From the NCBI GenBank assembly GCA_050084985.1, contig JBITNC010000001.1:32302001-32366000 (forward strand): a stretch of 64,000 nucleotides of DNA, written 5' to 3'. Positions within the stretch are counted from its first letter, which is position 1. The number at the start of each line of letters is the position of its first letter. The position numbers were made by a program, and so were the translations under genes. Positions 1 through 12,949 of this stretch are shown in pieces. A model generated the notes under the pieces. The model worked only from the letters and a program-made list of their open reading frames with translations. It ran no database searches and had not been told where the DNA came from. The stretch comes from Nageia nagi (lineage: Eukaryota; Plantae; Pinophyta).

Positions 1-1419
1 CTACTATGTTATAGTTGGACCACACTTGGTGTTCCTGATCCACTTCCATTAGGGGAATAATCTCAAGGTGTGAATTCCATTCTTCTTTGCATACTTTGTG
101 AAAACATGATTCAAAAATGTAAGATATGAAGTCAAGGAGGAGATCCAACATCAAGGATTGATTACCCACATGTATCAAAAGGCTTGCTAGAATATTCAAA
201 AGCTCTTATAGAGGTAGAGGAACCTCTAACTCAAGATCAAGAGAGAGAAAAGAAGAAAGAGAAGGAGCATTTTACCAATAAGGGTAAAGCACATAAAGTG
301 AAAAATCATAAGCTCTCAATCAGATAACCCCCTTGAAAAAGCATAAGAAAAATGAGCCAGCCCAAATAATGAGACTAGCTACACCAAATGCTAGGTGAAT
401 GAGAACTTGAGCTTCTATAAAGAAAGGTAATACCCATAATCCTCCTCCCAAGCTTCCTATTAAAATTTAGATCAAAGTGAGAAAAAAGGTTTTAGGAGAA
501 GAAAACTCTTTAGGAGAAGAGGATTTAATGGAATCAATCCAAACTATTACTAAAATAGAACCAAATCCCCCAACTCCCCTTCTATAGAAAATGTTTAACC
601 CCAAATGGAAAAATGTTCCTTAGGGTGAAAAATGTAGAACCCCCTTAGTTTCCCCTCCATACATTGTCTATGATGGAACCAATCCCCAAAGGTAATAGAG
701 GAAGAGAAATTCCAAAAATAATATAGCTAAAAAAAGGATGAAAATGTGGGGGGAAGAATAAACCATAGAATAAGGCACACAATGAGCAAATCTTGGCATC
801 CTCTTATTGAGTATTAGAAGGGATACTTAGTAGGAAAAAGAAGGATACCCAAACAACTCCAAAATCTAAGGAGCCACCTACCACCCTATAACAATCAAAG
901 AAGCTTGAATTCATTAATGCTACCCCTAATGCATAGGTTAAGGAAAGGATCCTATATGCCATTATGGATCATTCCTCTACATGGGATGCAGGAGATTACT
1001 TCTTTATGAAAACAAGGAACAAATGATAAATAATTTTGAAAAAGACAATGGAATAGGGTAGTATGAAGTAGGAGATGAAAAATAAGAAGTACATATAATG
1101 GTATTAGATATATTAGGTTAAAAATTAGATAGCATATCGAATGTATTAGGTAGCTATCATATACTTACAATTTTATTTTGTAATATGTATCTAGATGGGA
1201 AATTCATATTTTGGTAGTGTTGCAATGGTATTTGAATGTCCATGTAGCTACTTAGATAATAGTTGGGTAGTTAGTTTTGTTTAAAACTTTTTGACTAGTT
1301 TTTGGGATCCATCTAAAAATCACCACTTTTTTTGTTAATATAATTTACCTATTAGAAAAAAAAAGAAATAAAAAAAAAGGGAAAAACCCTCATAATCAAG
1401 GGGAGTGGAAACAAACAAG

Positions 1420-3582
1420 ACTCCAACAAAGACAACAACAAAGAAATATTGTTAATGATACTAACAAAGTAGATGAAGATGTTTACAATCATGCTTTTGT
1501 TTATCAAGAAAACCCTTCAGTCTCATCCACTTGGTATATTGATTTTTATTCTTCCAAGCACATGATTAGCTTAATGGATTAGTTTTCTTCTTTTGATGAA
1601 AACTAAAATCCTATCAAGTTAAATTGATTGATTAAACATCCCATCACATTGAATTCAAGGGTGATGTTCACATACATCTTGAAAAGAACAACTATTAGAT
1701 CAAAAAGGTCTTGTTTGTACTAGGGATCACGAAGAATCTCTTGTCAATTAGTCAAATGCTAGATAACAATTTTAGGGTGGAGTTTGATATTTTGAAAAAA
1801 GAAAATATTTTCTTCATTTATGAAAATCCAAATGTGTTAAATAGTAGCAAAAGTAAAAGGAGGTAGGAGAATACTTTAGCTTGATGTTGTAGCTTCCAAC
1901 AATCACGCACTCAATGTTCATGTTGTGAATGTCACCATTATTTGGAACTAACAATTCATACATATGAATTCAAACTACCTAATCACTCTAAAAAATAAGG
2001 ATATGGTACGTGGTCTCCCACCTCTTGTTTCTCCTACTAATATTTGTTCTACTTCCATCATAGGGAAATAACATAGACTTCAATTTGAGCCTTACATACA
2101 TCATGCTAAGGGAATTCTTGATGTGATACACACCAATATGTGCAGACTCATGAGTGCTAGTAACACTGGTCAAAAATGCTTCCTTTTTTTATTAATGATT
2201 AATCTAAAAAAATATGGATGTTCTTATTGAAAATAAAGGATGAAACCTTTCAGTATTTCAAAGGGTTCAAAGCTCATGTGGAGAATGCCACTAGCCATTA
2301 TATCCATGTTCTTTGCTTAAATTAAGGAGTGAATAATTATCAAATGAGTTTTATGCATTCCTAAAGTAACATGGAATTCAATGAAAATTGAAAACACCTA
2401 ACATACCACAACATAATGATGTTTGTGAAAGGCAAAATAAGACCATAGTTGAAATGACAAGAAGTATGATAAAATATGTAAAGTTAAAAATAAAATTTTT
2501 GCCTGGTGCAGTAAATACTACCATATATTTTTGAATAAAGTACCTTTTAAAGCTCTTGATGGGATGAAAAATTAAAAAGGATGGAAAAGAGAAAAATATT
2601 CTATCTCAAATTTTAAAGAATTTGATTACACTGCCTATATGCATATTTCTAAAGAGCAAAGAAAGAAATTAGATGATAAGTCTTTGAGGTAAATTCTTCT
2701 CTGGTATAGTAGTGAATCTAAAGGATACAAACTCATGGATCCTACTACTCAAAAGAAATACATTAATAGAGATATTATTTTTATGAGACTAATGAATCTT
2801 CAACTAGTCCATCTACAAAGGTGCTTGAACCTAATAATGGTCCCATTATCAATCATGATGGTGAGGATGATGAGAGACAAGCTCCTATTCTGAATTTTCC
2901 ACCTAATAATGTTAGAAGACCAAAATGGTACCAAAAGTCTTTGTAAGATTCAAACTTAAGTGCTCTATTAGATAATTCTACCTTTGGATCAAGGATATGA
3001 ACATAGCTCATGAGGAAGTGAATTTGGAACTAATGAGCATAATTATGAATACCCTTGAACCTAAAATGATTCATGAAGCCATCAAGATATCACATTTGAA
3101 GTTAGCCATCCAAGTTAAATATAATGTACTAATAAAAATTGTACATAGAAGTTGGTAGATATTCTATTAGAGAAGAAGTTCATTATATGCAAATGGATTT
3201 TCAAAATCAAGTACAAAGCTGATAGGACACTCGATAAGCACAAGACCTGACTTGTTGCCAAAGGGTATGCTCAAGAGGAAGTTATCGACTATGAGGAGAT
3301 GTTTATTCCCATAGCTAAGATGAAGGCCATTATAATTACTTTGGTAATGGAAACATAATTTTGCTATAAGGCCCATTAGATGGATGGGAATAGCATCTTC
3401 CTAAATGGAGACTTAGAGGAAGAAGTATACATGCAATAACTTGAAGGGTTTAGTTTTTGATCCAAGTAAAAGAAAAATATGTAGATTGATCAAGTCTCTC
3501 TATGGCTTGAAACAACTTCCATGATCCTGTTACATCAAAATTGATGACCACCTACTACAACATGAATTTAATAAGAGTCCAT
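1420..3582 (+). mobile_element. Decayed Ty1/copia retrotransposon pol (protease-integrase-RT), interrupted at the 3' end by an insertion
   Basis: Manual translation gives protease WYID...KHM (~1531), integrase VIHTNMC (~2123) and TPQHNDVCERQNKT (~2404), and RT LVAKGYAQEEVIDYEE (~3250) and FLNGDLEEEVYM (~3398). INT lies before RT (copia order). Many stops and frameshifts. Confidence 0.9.
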
Positions 3583-5880
3583 TGATTATTGCAATATTAT
3601 CCTCATCTTGACATAAAAATGTCAGTATAATGACACATTAAAAGGATACTTCGGTATTAATTATACATATTTAATGTCTAATGAGTATAACTAGTGCAAG
3701 ATGTTATATTTGTTACTTGTTGATATTATCATGCTTTATTCCAAATTTTGTGCAGAACATTCTTCCTCTAGTGTCCTAAATATGCAATATTAATGCTCTC
3801 ATGGTAAGAAAGGGAAAGAACTAAATTCATAAATTCTAAAGTACTCTAAAGAAACACTGAAGTAGGATGCTTTGAAGTAGTAGCATGTTGAAGTAATGCA
3901 TGCTAAAATAGTAACGCGTTGAAGTAAAATGCTAAAGAAACTACTCTAAAGTAGTAGTATGCTAAAGTAATGTATGCTGAAATAGTAGTGTGCTAAGGTA
4001 ATGCACACTAAAATATTACTATGCTAAAGTAATGCGCTGAAGAAACTAGAGTACTAAAAGTGACAAAATGAAGCATCAAATGCAACCATATTTTCATGAA
4101 ACTTCATGGGTAATTTCTTCTTAATAATGGGTACTCATAACATTTTACCTAATGAATAAATACAAACTACAAAAAAACGTTATGAGGCCTGCAAGATAAG
4201 TTTAGAACCCAAAAATTATTGGTAGAAAAGAATAAGTTGTGATTTCCAGAGGCAAAAATAGAATATCAAATATGCATAAAATAGATCATGCCATATATGG
4301 ATAGAAAGATATTTCAAATAACTTTGTAATGGTTTATCACATTCTATAAATATACCAATATAAAAAACATTATTGAGCTTCAAAGAAAATCATTTATATT
4401 TTGGAAAATTGAGTTGTGCATGTAAGAATTACAACTGAAGTCAATAAAGTATTCACATGGAATCAGCATTAAAATTAGTCACCAAAGTCAATGGACTATG
4501 TTTAAAAAAGAGAAAAAGGAGCATATTATTTTAAATAAAGTATTAGTATATTTTATATAATAAATACTTTATAACATAATAATTCTATCTCTATTCACAT
4601 ATGAAGGTTTGGAGACTAGGGCTCATGGAGGCAAAGAAGACTTGCAAAGAATTTAGCAACCATATTCAAGGGACACCATTTATGGAAAATAAAATACAAT
4701 AGTGGTTTCACAACTATAGCCAAATTCTAAGGGAGCAAAGCACAACCATTTCTATATACAGCCAAGTTTAAGAAGGAAAGACATCATAGTGCAAATTTGG
4801 CAATAATGAACAACCAGTTTTATGATATCTTTTGTACCAAGGTTTGTGGATCACATCATAATATGGTTGGAAATATTTAGTAGCCTATGGTGGAAAATAG
4901 TCCATATTTCTTAATGCTTTATTTGGGTATATTGGGTATATATCATAGCTATTTCATTTAATATATTTAGCATGTTTTGGATTCTAGGGATATTGTTAAA
5001 TAACTATTAATTCCTATTTAGGGCATCAATATAAATGTTGTTAGTTTTTTTTATACATATGTGTGAGTTACAAATACATTTTTTTCCAGTATGTTAGAAG
5101 GGGAGAGATAGCATAGGAGATAGTATAGAGTAAATATTTGAGGACATCTATAGTCCATTTTTTGATGTAAGTTATTTTCATATGGAAATAAAAGCTGGAG
5201 ATTACATTGAGTTTCACATAATCTTATGAGATTATCTTTGGAGCCTCTACTAGGAGTCTTTCCAACTCCAACTAGTAGAGGTATTCTTTATGTTATTTCT
5301 TTTATATTGTGTGTTATTTTACTTTATAAAAGTTCCTTTTATTTTATTTTCCAATTCTGTAGTCTTGTGTATTTGATGTTAACTTTGTAGGAGTCTTTTA
5401 TAGTTGCAATAGGGTCTTATATTTGCTTTATATTTTCAATGCTTTCTTTACTTTTTTTGTATCAAATTTTAATTCTTGCAATTTCAAACACATAGACTAG
5501 AATAGAGTTTCTACTGTAGATAGCTTTAGGCATTGAACCGAATTTAACATTTTAAATGAGACAGTTGAATATTGATTTCCAAAACTAGTGAGAGGAAATG
5601 AAAGTTTTGAGCATTGGAGTAGTAGCTCTTCAAGCTAACTAGTCCCTTCACATCAACAAGTGTGAGGTTCAATAGGAAAGGGGATTAGTCATATACCTAG
5701 GGAATTTAGGGATCTATATTCTACTCATCATTTAGGCATCATTATCAGAGAGGAAATAGTGTTAGTATAGCTACTCTCTAGCTTATATTTTGAAAAATTA
5801 TTGACTATGCCATATAAGAGTTATATGCAACGATGCTCCCTTACACTATAATGGTCTAAGTGTCCTTGTGCAATACATTT
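3583..5880 (+). mobile_element. Long LTR-like noncoding segment of another retroelement, left part (continues after the Tat insertion at 25205)
   Basis: The copia RT frame stops abruptly at TGATTATT (3583). The sequence is noncoding and LTR-like, and is split by the Tat element whose target site duplication joins 5880 to 25205. Confidence 0.5.
3840..4062. repeat. Degenerate ~13-15 bp tandem repeat (GCTRAAGTARTRNRY)
   Basis: More than a dozen units such as gctaaagtaatgtat, gctgaaatagtagtgt and gttgaagtaatgcat. Confidence 0.75.
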
Positions 5881-6714
5881 TGTAGACACCTAAAAATGAT
5901 ACTTTTTTTTATAAATAAAATAAAGGAATAAAAATTTAAACAAATAAAGTTTGTTAAACCCTTCTAGTCATTCGAAACCCAATATAGTTAATAACAACCT
6001 GATCCAATCATTGGCATTTGACACACAATTACTAGTGATCCTATAAATAGAAAAAAAAAAAAAAAAGTGGAAAATTTTAGGTGCCCAAGGAAATAAGCCA
6101 GTAGATCTTGAATGAGTCATCCTTAATCCTACATCCTCTCCACGTAGATAAACCCTATGAAAAGGATGGATGAGATTTTTTATACAATCCTTGGCTCCAA
6201 AATAGCAACTTTGGTCACCCCAAAATTCTATAAACTAAACCTTCTCCTAAGGAGAAAAGGATCCAAATTTTATGCAATGATACTCTGCTAAAATACATTT
6301 AGAATTATAGAAAGTAATTGTATTAAATTTTTTCCATCCTTTCATACTTGTATTATGTTATACTTTTATACATTTTTAACCATGTGAGTAGGCAACATTT
6401 ATAGGTGCATGGTAGCTGGTTGGAACAAAACAAAGCTAAGGAACTACTAAGCAATCAAATATCATCATCAACATTTTCTTGCAAGTTTTAAGAACACTAT
6501 TGAAGGATTACAGACATCAATACACTCATTTAGAGGAGGCCCAAGGGAGCCTATATCTCCCTTCACAAACAAAAATCCCTTACTATACAAGGCACTAACA
6601 TACATCATAAATCGACATGAGATTTGTCATTGTAAACTGATTATTGAGGTCTACTCAAAATTCAATAAAAGACTTATTGTTGGTTATTGATAGGGTTGTT
6701 TTTTGGGTAGTACA
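5881..6714 (+). repeat. 5' LTR of the Tat element
   Basis: Runs tgtagacacc...gggtagtaca and aligns along its length with 24319-25204. Confidence 0.93.
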
Positions 6715-6733
6715 TTCTAACACTAGAATGAGG
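6715..6733 (+). promoter_or_regulatory. Degenerate primer-binding site (tRNA not assigned)
   Basis: ttctaacactagaatgagg lies directly after the LTR. The homologous ttttgacactagaaggagg follows the related LTR at 28339. Confidence 0.65.
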
Positions 6734-7239
6734 CATTTCACATATAAATTGCATCAAAAATGAGGCATAGGGGGTGTTTTCTATGTTTTATATTCATTTT
6801 TTATATCTTATGTCTTATAGTATCACTACTAATTTTGTGTTATTTTCTATTTTTTTGTTTTTATTTTTTGATTGTGTAATCATCGATGATTGTTATTGGG
6901 TGCTACAATTATGTGTAATCACCAAAGACTGGACTAAAATGCTAATGATCAGGACTAATCACCAGTGATTCTAAAATAAATTATGAAACACTAGCAATTG
7001 AATATAGAGGGTATATATTTCAACTTTCATCAATTCTAAAAGTGTAACTTAGGCACTAAAATGGAAAATAGAAATAAATCCCTTTTCTATGATTTCTTTG
7101 CTCAAATTGCATATAAAAAGGGTACCAACAAACTCACCTAAAATTTATCTTTGTTTGCTTTATTTTTAGTAAATTGCATGAATGTTATTTATCTTTGTTT
7201 GCTTTGGGAGCGTACCAACAAACTCACCTAAAATTTTTC

Positions 7240-7910
7240 ATTACACCCACTTATGCTCTCCCTTTGCACTGAAAAGTGATCTTAGGTGATCAAAATGGGT
7301 GCAATAGGAAAAGAATGAATGAACATTTTTCTTTTCTCACTTTATTTCATTAAGATTAATAATGAACTCTCATTAAATTACTTTTGCACTCAAAAGAGGA
7401 ATTAACTTTTATTAAGAATGGAATGAATATAAGGTTAATTTACTGTGGCTAAGGTAGATTAAAATATATTAAATCAATTAATTATTGGGTGGGAATTTAC
7501 CTTCACATTAAACTCTTTCTATCTACCTTACCATTTTGATAGGAGAGTCGAAGGATTGTGACATAAAGAGGAGTTAAAGAATCTCATTTAAATGAAATTT
7601 ATTTCACACTAAAACTATTCCTATCTACCTTACCACTGCAAAGGAGGTTGAAAGAATGTGACTCAAAAAGGAGTTAAAAAATATCATTAAAGGTAATTTA
7701 CACTCACTTAATGGCTTCTTACATATCTCACTTTACCTCTCCGAAAGGAGGTCAAAGGTAGATGTGATTAGTAATAAGTGGTAAATGAACTTCACATAAT
7801 TACTTTCTCATTCAAAAGGAGTAAATGAATTTCACTAAGCATTCTTTAAAGACTCATACTAAAAGTGGTAATGAATCTCATGGGTTAGATTAAGACTCAT
7901 TAATTAAAAC
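7240..7910 (+). repeat. Array of conserved short motifs separated by variable hairpins in the Tat 5' leader
   Basis: Recurrent (G/A)GTWAATGAAYYTCAYWWAA-like motif, three ~105-bp related units (7495-7800) and GNRA-capped stems. A homologous array occurs at 28820-29430. Confidence 0.65.
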
Positions 7911-9849
7911 ACTTCTTTTTTCATATTAAATAAAACATAATCAAAGGAAAATATATGCTTGGGTTGGGTTATCGTGGTCATATGTTCTTTTATTATTAAA
8001 TGAATATTCATGAAACCTTATAAAATAAACATCAATGAGTTGGATTGTGATGACCAACCATTGATTCTTATACTTCTTATGTACCCACTGATCACAGCAT
8101 AAGCCATAGAGCCAAACTTGAAGATGAATACTAGGTTTTAGGATAGAAGTCATCATTTTTCATCAGATGACTATAAATAAGGAGTCTAGGCTTGGATTCC
8201 ACTATCAAGATAGTCTTCAATGGTATTTATCGCATCCCATTGCACTAAGGGGACCATCATAGATTCTAAGCTCATACTTTTCCATAGATTACCTATATAA
8301 TTCTAGCCTACCTTGTTTAAACACCTAACTAATAAAAAATAATTTAGAAAAATTAACAAGAATGAAATGAATAATTCACATCACTCATTAAGAAAAAATT
8401 AATTCAATTTATTAACAAAATTAGTTAAGATAATCACACCAAAAAGGTGAGTTTATAAATAGGTTGTTTGTGCATCTACTTATTTTCTCAATAATATAAA
8501 TCAAAAATAAAAACATAATTGCTATGAACAATGTGTGTTTTTTTTATTTTTTATCAAAAAAAAAACAAAAAAAATTGAAAAATACAGTTCCAAAAAAAAA
8601 AGAATGGTTAATACTCATTCTCAAATGGGTCATCATCAACAAATGCCCTATGATGAAACTTATTACGAAAGACAACCTAGTTATAGGTCTCATAGATCTA
8701 GTAGAGATACATCAAGGAGAGGAACTCCTCAAGAGATAGATGATACCTTAAATGAGGTAAGGCAATGTTTAATGCAGTTAAGGATTCCTTGTTCTTCTCA
8801 CACTTAGTCTTTCATTAGATCTACTTATCTAGTAGAAGATACACCAATAGGTAATGAGGAAGAAATCATTTTAAGAACTGTTACCCCATCACAAAATCAT
8901 TTGACTTATGTCATATTATAAAAAGTTCCCTTTAAACCTAATTATGATCATATTACATGTTACCTAGTAGATAGATGTCTTGTTCAATCCTATATAATAC
9001 GAGATGATTACACCCCTTCCACCATATTTAAAAGATAGAAGAATTTGATAATAGAATTTTGATACATACACTACTTTGGTATCTTAATCAAGGATTCATG
9101 CTAAGGTGTACAATTATGCTTATCATATTCTAAAAACAAACACACTTACCTCTAGGACTAGTCATTCTCTTCTATCACTAGCCATATAAACCCTAGTACT
9201 ACCCATACAACCCCTAGGACAATTCATAGAACTCCTAGATAAAGTAATCTTGATTTTCAATGTATAAGGTAGAAGAAATACCATCATATATGTCTAAACC
9301 AATTCAAAATCAATAATAGTTTAGGCTAACTAACAAATTATTTTATATAAACCAAATAAACTTAGAGGTTTGGTGCAAAATCTATGCTCACAAACATAGC
9401 TTGTGTTTTATGCATATCAAACTAGAATACCAATAGGGTAACCTAATAAATAATAGATTCAAGCTCAACTTCAAAATAGATCAAACCAAGAGTAGTATGA
9501 TAATAAGCAATTTACCATCTAGAACATAATCCTTATCTCCTCAAGGTCATAAAAACTATAAAAGTCAAAACCTTTGCTTACCAAGAAGAAAGGAGGCACC
9601 ACATGAGCAACAACAAACCCAAAGATCCCCTTTACCTTGGCCTAGACATAAGGTTCAAAAACATCATGCTCCTACATGTTTATATCAAAAGGGGACACAA
9701 TATTTTCCCCTACATCAACCTCCTCCACCTTCTCCACCATATAATAGAAATTACTATGATGACCAAACACCTTCCAAAAGAAGTTACCAATCATCCTCAA
9801 CGAATACACAAAGGGGAGGTAATATGGATAGTAAAAATTTATATTTCCT

Positions 9850-11750
9850 ATGCAACCAAGTAATGACATTAATGAAAGGTTAATAAAGATTAAAATATTG
9901 TTACATCAACAAAACAAACATAAAGTCTCTTATGAAATAATTTATAGTAAGCCCATACATCCAAGTGTTCTTAAGATAGATATCCCTTTCAAATTTGAAA
10001 TTCCAAAGATCAAATCTTTCAAAGGAAAGGAGGATCCTAAATAATATCTAATACATTTCAAGTATTCAAGTTATGTAATTTTCAACAATGGTGTTTTAAT
10101 GTTGCATATCTTTCCTATGACACTTGCTAGATAAGCAATGGATTGGTACAATAACTTAACTAAACATAACATCACCTCATATGTGTAATTGGCTAACTTA
10201 TTCTTAGAACACTTTAGGATAAACATTAAACATAAAACCTCTATAACTAATCTCACAAGATTACAACAATTCCAATATGAGGTAGTTATAGACTTTATCT
10301 CAAGATGGAGGGTGATTCTGACAAGCATGCCTTACACTCTACCATAAGAAGAACTAGTAAAAATATTTAGTCAAAGTTATCTAAGACCTATTGCTAGTAC
10401 TTGATTGATTCAACAACACAAGATATTTGAAGAAGTAATCTCTCAAGTTGTTGTAATCGAAAAGGTTAAATATAGAATAGAGAACTAAAGGGTAAAAAGA
10501 AAGAACCCTATGTTAGAAAAAAAAATAGGCTGAATAATCAGCAAAACCAATGCCTACTAATAAAGTTTCTTATCTCAAAGATTCAAAACTAAACCCTCCA
10601 CAAAATATACTTGCTCTGCAAAATGAGGGAAGAAACTTTAGGTCCTACCCAAAAAGTTTACTCATTTGACTAAAATATTTACGATATTTTGGCAAATTAA
10701 TGGATCATCAAATTATTACATTACCTAAAATAACCTAATGCAAGAGATAGTAAATGGTACAATGAGAATGATTATTTTCATTACCATCATCAAAAGGGTG
10801 ATACTATAGAAAAATGTAGAACTATAGCATAAGTTGATATTTGATTGATCAAAGAATATTACAAGTAGATAACCCATTAGTTATTCCTAATCAAAATCTA
10901 AAAATATATTAGAATCCACTTCCTCAACACCAAGCTAATCCATAGTTTCATACTCATACAAAAGTCAAGTAATGCATAAAGGGATTCAATATGCCTCTAC
11001 TTTTGTTGTCATGGTAAGTATAACCATAAGATCCCAAAGGGTGCAAGGAATACAAACTAATATTCCTAACAATCAAACAAATAATGGTGTTGTACAACCA
11101 AATATACCTTGATCACAACTTCCTAAGGTTTTAATAAAAGAAGTTTTAGAACATCAATTGAGAAATTCACAAGTGAAGATATCTTTGTTTTAATTGCTAT
11201 AACATTCCAAAGATCATAGGGAAGCTATGAACCAATTATTACAAATAATTGAGCTGAAAATCAATGACCCTGAAAGCTTTATGTTTTTTGTGAAAAAAAT
11301 TAAGACAAGCAAAAACCCCATTATTATCTTCTATGATCATGAAATTAAACCATTAAACCATTCACAAGGTCAAGATCCTCCATTACATATTATAGCCAAG
11401 ATAGATAGGAGGGATTTTAAAAGGATATTAATAGATGAAGCTTCTGTAATAAATATTATTTCTATAATTGTGTATAAAAACTTGAATCTTCCTTTTTCAC
11501 ATATATGGGCACCTTCTTTATAATTAAGAGCTTTTAATGATACTTTATGCTGAATAATGGGATCTATCTCATTTCCTATTACTGTGGAATCTAAAATAGT
11601 ACAAATATTATTAAAGTTATTAAAGGGGATATAATGTAATATAACCTACTCTTAAGGAGACCTTGGATTATAAAATGCAATGCATCCCATAAATATATCA
11701 TAATTATTTAAAATATATTCATGATGGGGTGGTACATTGTATACTTGGAG
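9850..11750 (+). pseudogene. Decayed gag and aspartic protease of the Tat element
   Basis: Gag-like KFEIPKIKSFKGKEDP...DWY (9990-10150) and protease RILIDEASVINII...LLLRRPW (11420-11670). Confidence 0.8.
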
Positions 11751-12949
11751 ATGAAAACCCACTCCAATTGCAATTACACACATCTTTCAGGAGAAACTAT
11801 TTTACCTTCTATGCATTATTTTACAATGCCTATAGTTCCAAAAAAGGCATCAATAGTAGATATTGATAAAAAAAGGTTCTTTTACAAGTTCATTACAAGA
11901 AAAATATCTCATTGATCTTGAAATACCATATACACCAAAGATTAACAAGGATCTATTACCAAAAATAGAACCGACACTCTTAGAAAAATGAACATGGGAA
12001 GAAAGAGCACAAAGGTTAGATGAAGCAATCAAAGCCTCATCATCAAAAGCATCTTATCCCACAAATGCATCAGATAATGATAGTACAATAAAATATGAAT
12101 AATCTAATATCTATCCTATCATTCTAAGATTAACAGATTATGGAATAGGAGAATTTGCCATTAATGATGTCATTTTTAATATTCTTACAATGCAAGAAAT
12201 AGGAAGACCTGAATGGTATTCTAGTATAGTAGAGCAAATAATACCACTAGGAAAATTACCTAATCAAACACTTTTTGTATATCATGGTCCAATAGAACCA
12301 CTTATCCTTCCTTTACCTCAATCTAATGAAGGTATCTTCTGTGATTCATTAGAATATTTATCACCATATGTAAAATCATTTGTCCAAATATATTTTGATA
12401 GATGTAATGGAAAGGATAATGTTTAGGATTATACGAATAAGGACCTAGGTACATCATTGATATTCATTATTATTTGCCCAGTGATAAGATAGGTTTGGGT
12501 TATAAGAACAAAAATCAAGTATCTAGTTATAAAATAATTGAACTAGAATCGGAAGCCAAGATATTTGAAATTTAGTTGAAACACCTAAATAAATGATAAA
12601 TGAAGATGATATGGAGTCTAGAATGTTATCCTTAGGAGGTTTATTTCCTAATATGTGATAATTTCACACATAATATAGACTGGATTGGTCTGGAAGTGAT
12701 GAGTTTCAAATAATAGGATCAAAAATATCAAGTAGCTCTTCCTCGTACTTTCTAGTAGATGAAAAAATTGTAGATTTTACACTGATTCCTAAATAACCTA
12801 TAATCTAGGATTTCAAAGATATAGATATAATCTTATGAACTTCATACTTGAATATCAATACTACTTTAGAAGATCAATATGAAAGTGAGGATGAAGAATA
12901 CAATGCAAATGATAATAATTAGATTCCAATACCCAACCAATTGGAGGAA

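Noticed and set aside
1-1410. Coding-like purine-rich remnant and PPT-like aatcaaggggag
   Set aside because: Probably a retroelement 3' region, but no recognisable motif or LTR supports a call.
7240-7910. Hammerhead ribozyme (retrozyme) in the leader array
   Set aside because: GAAA loops are present, but I found no CUGANGA core with the required stems. It is kept only as an unassigned structured array.
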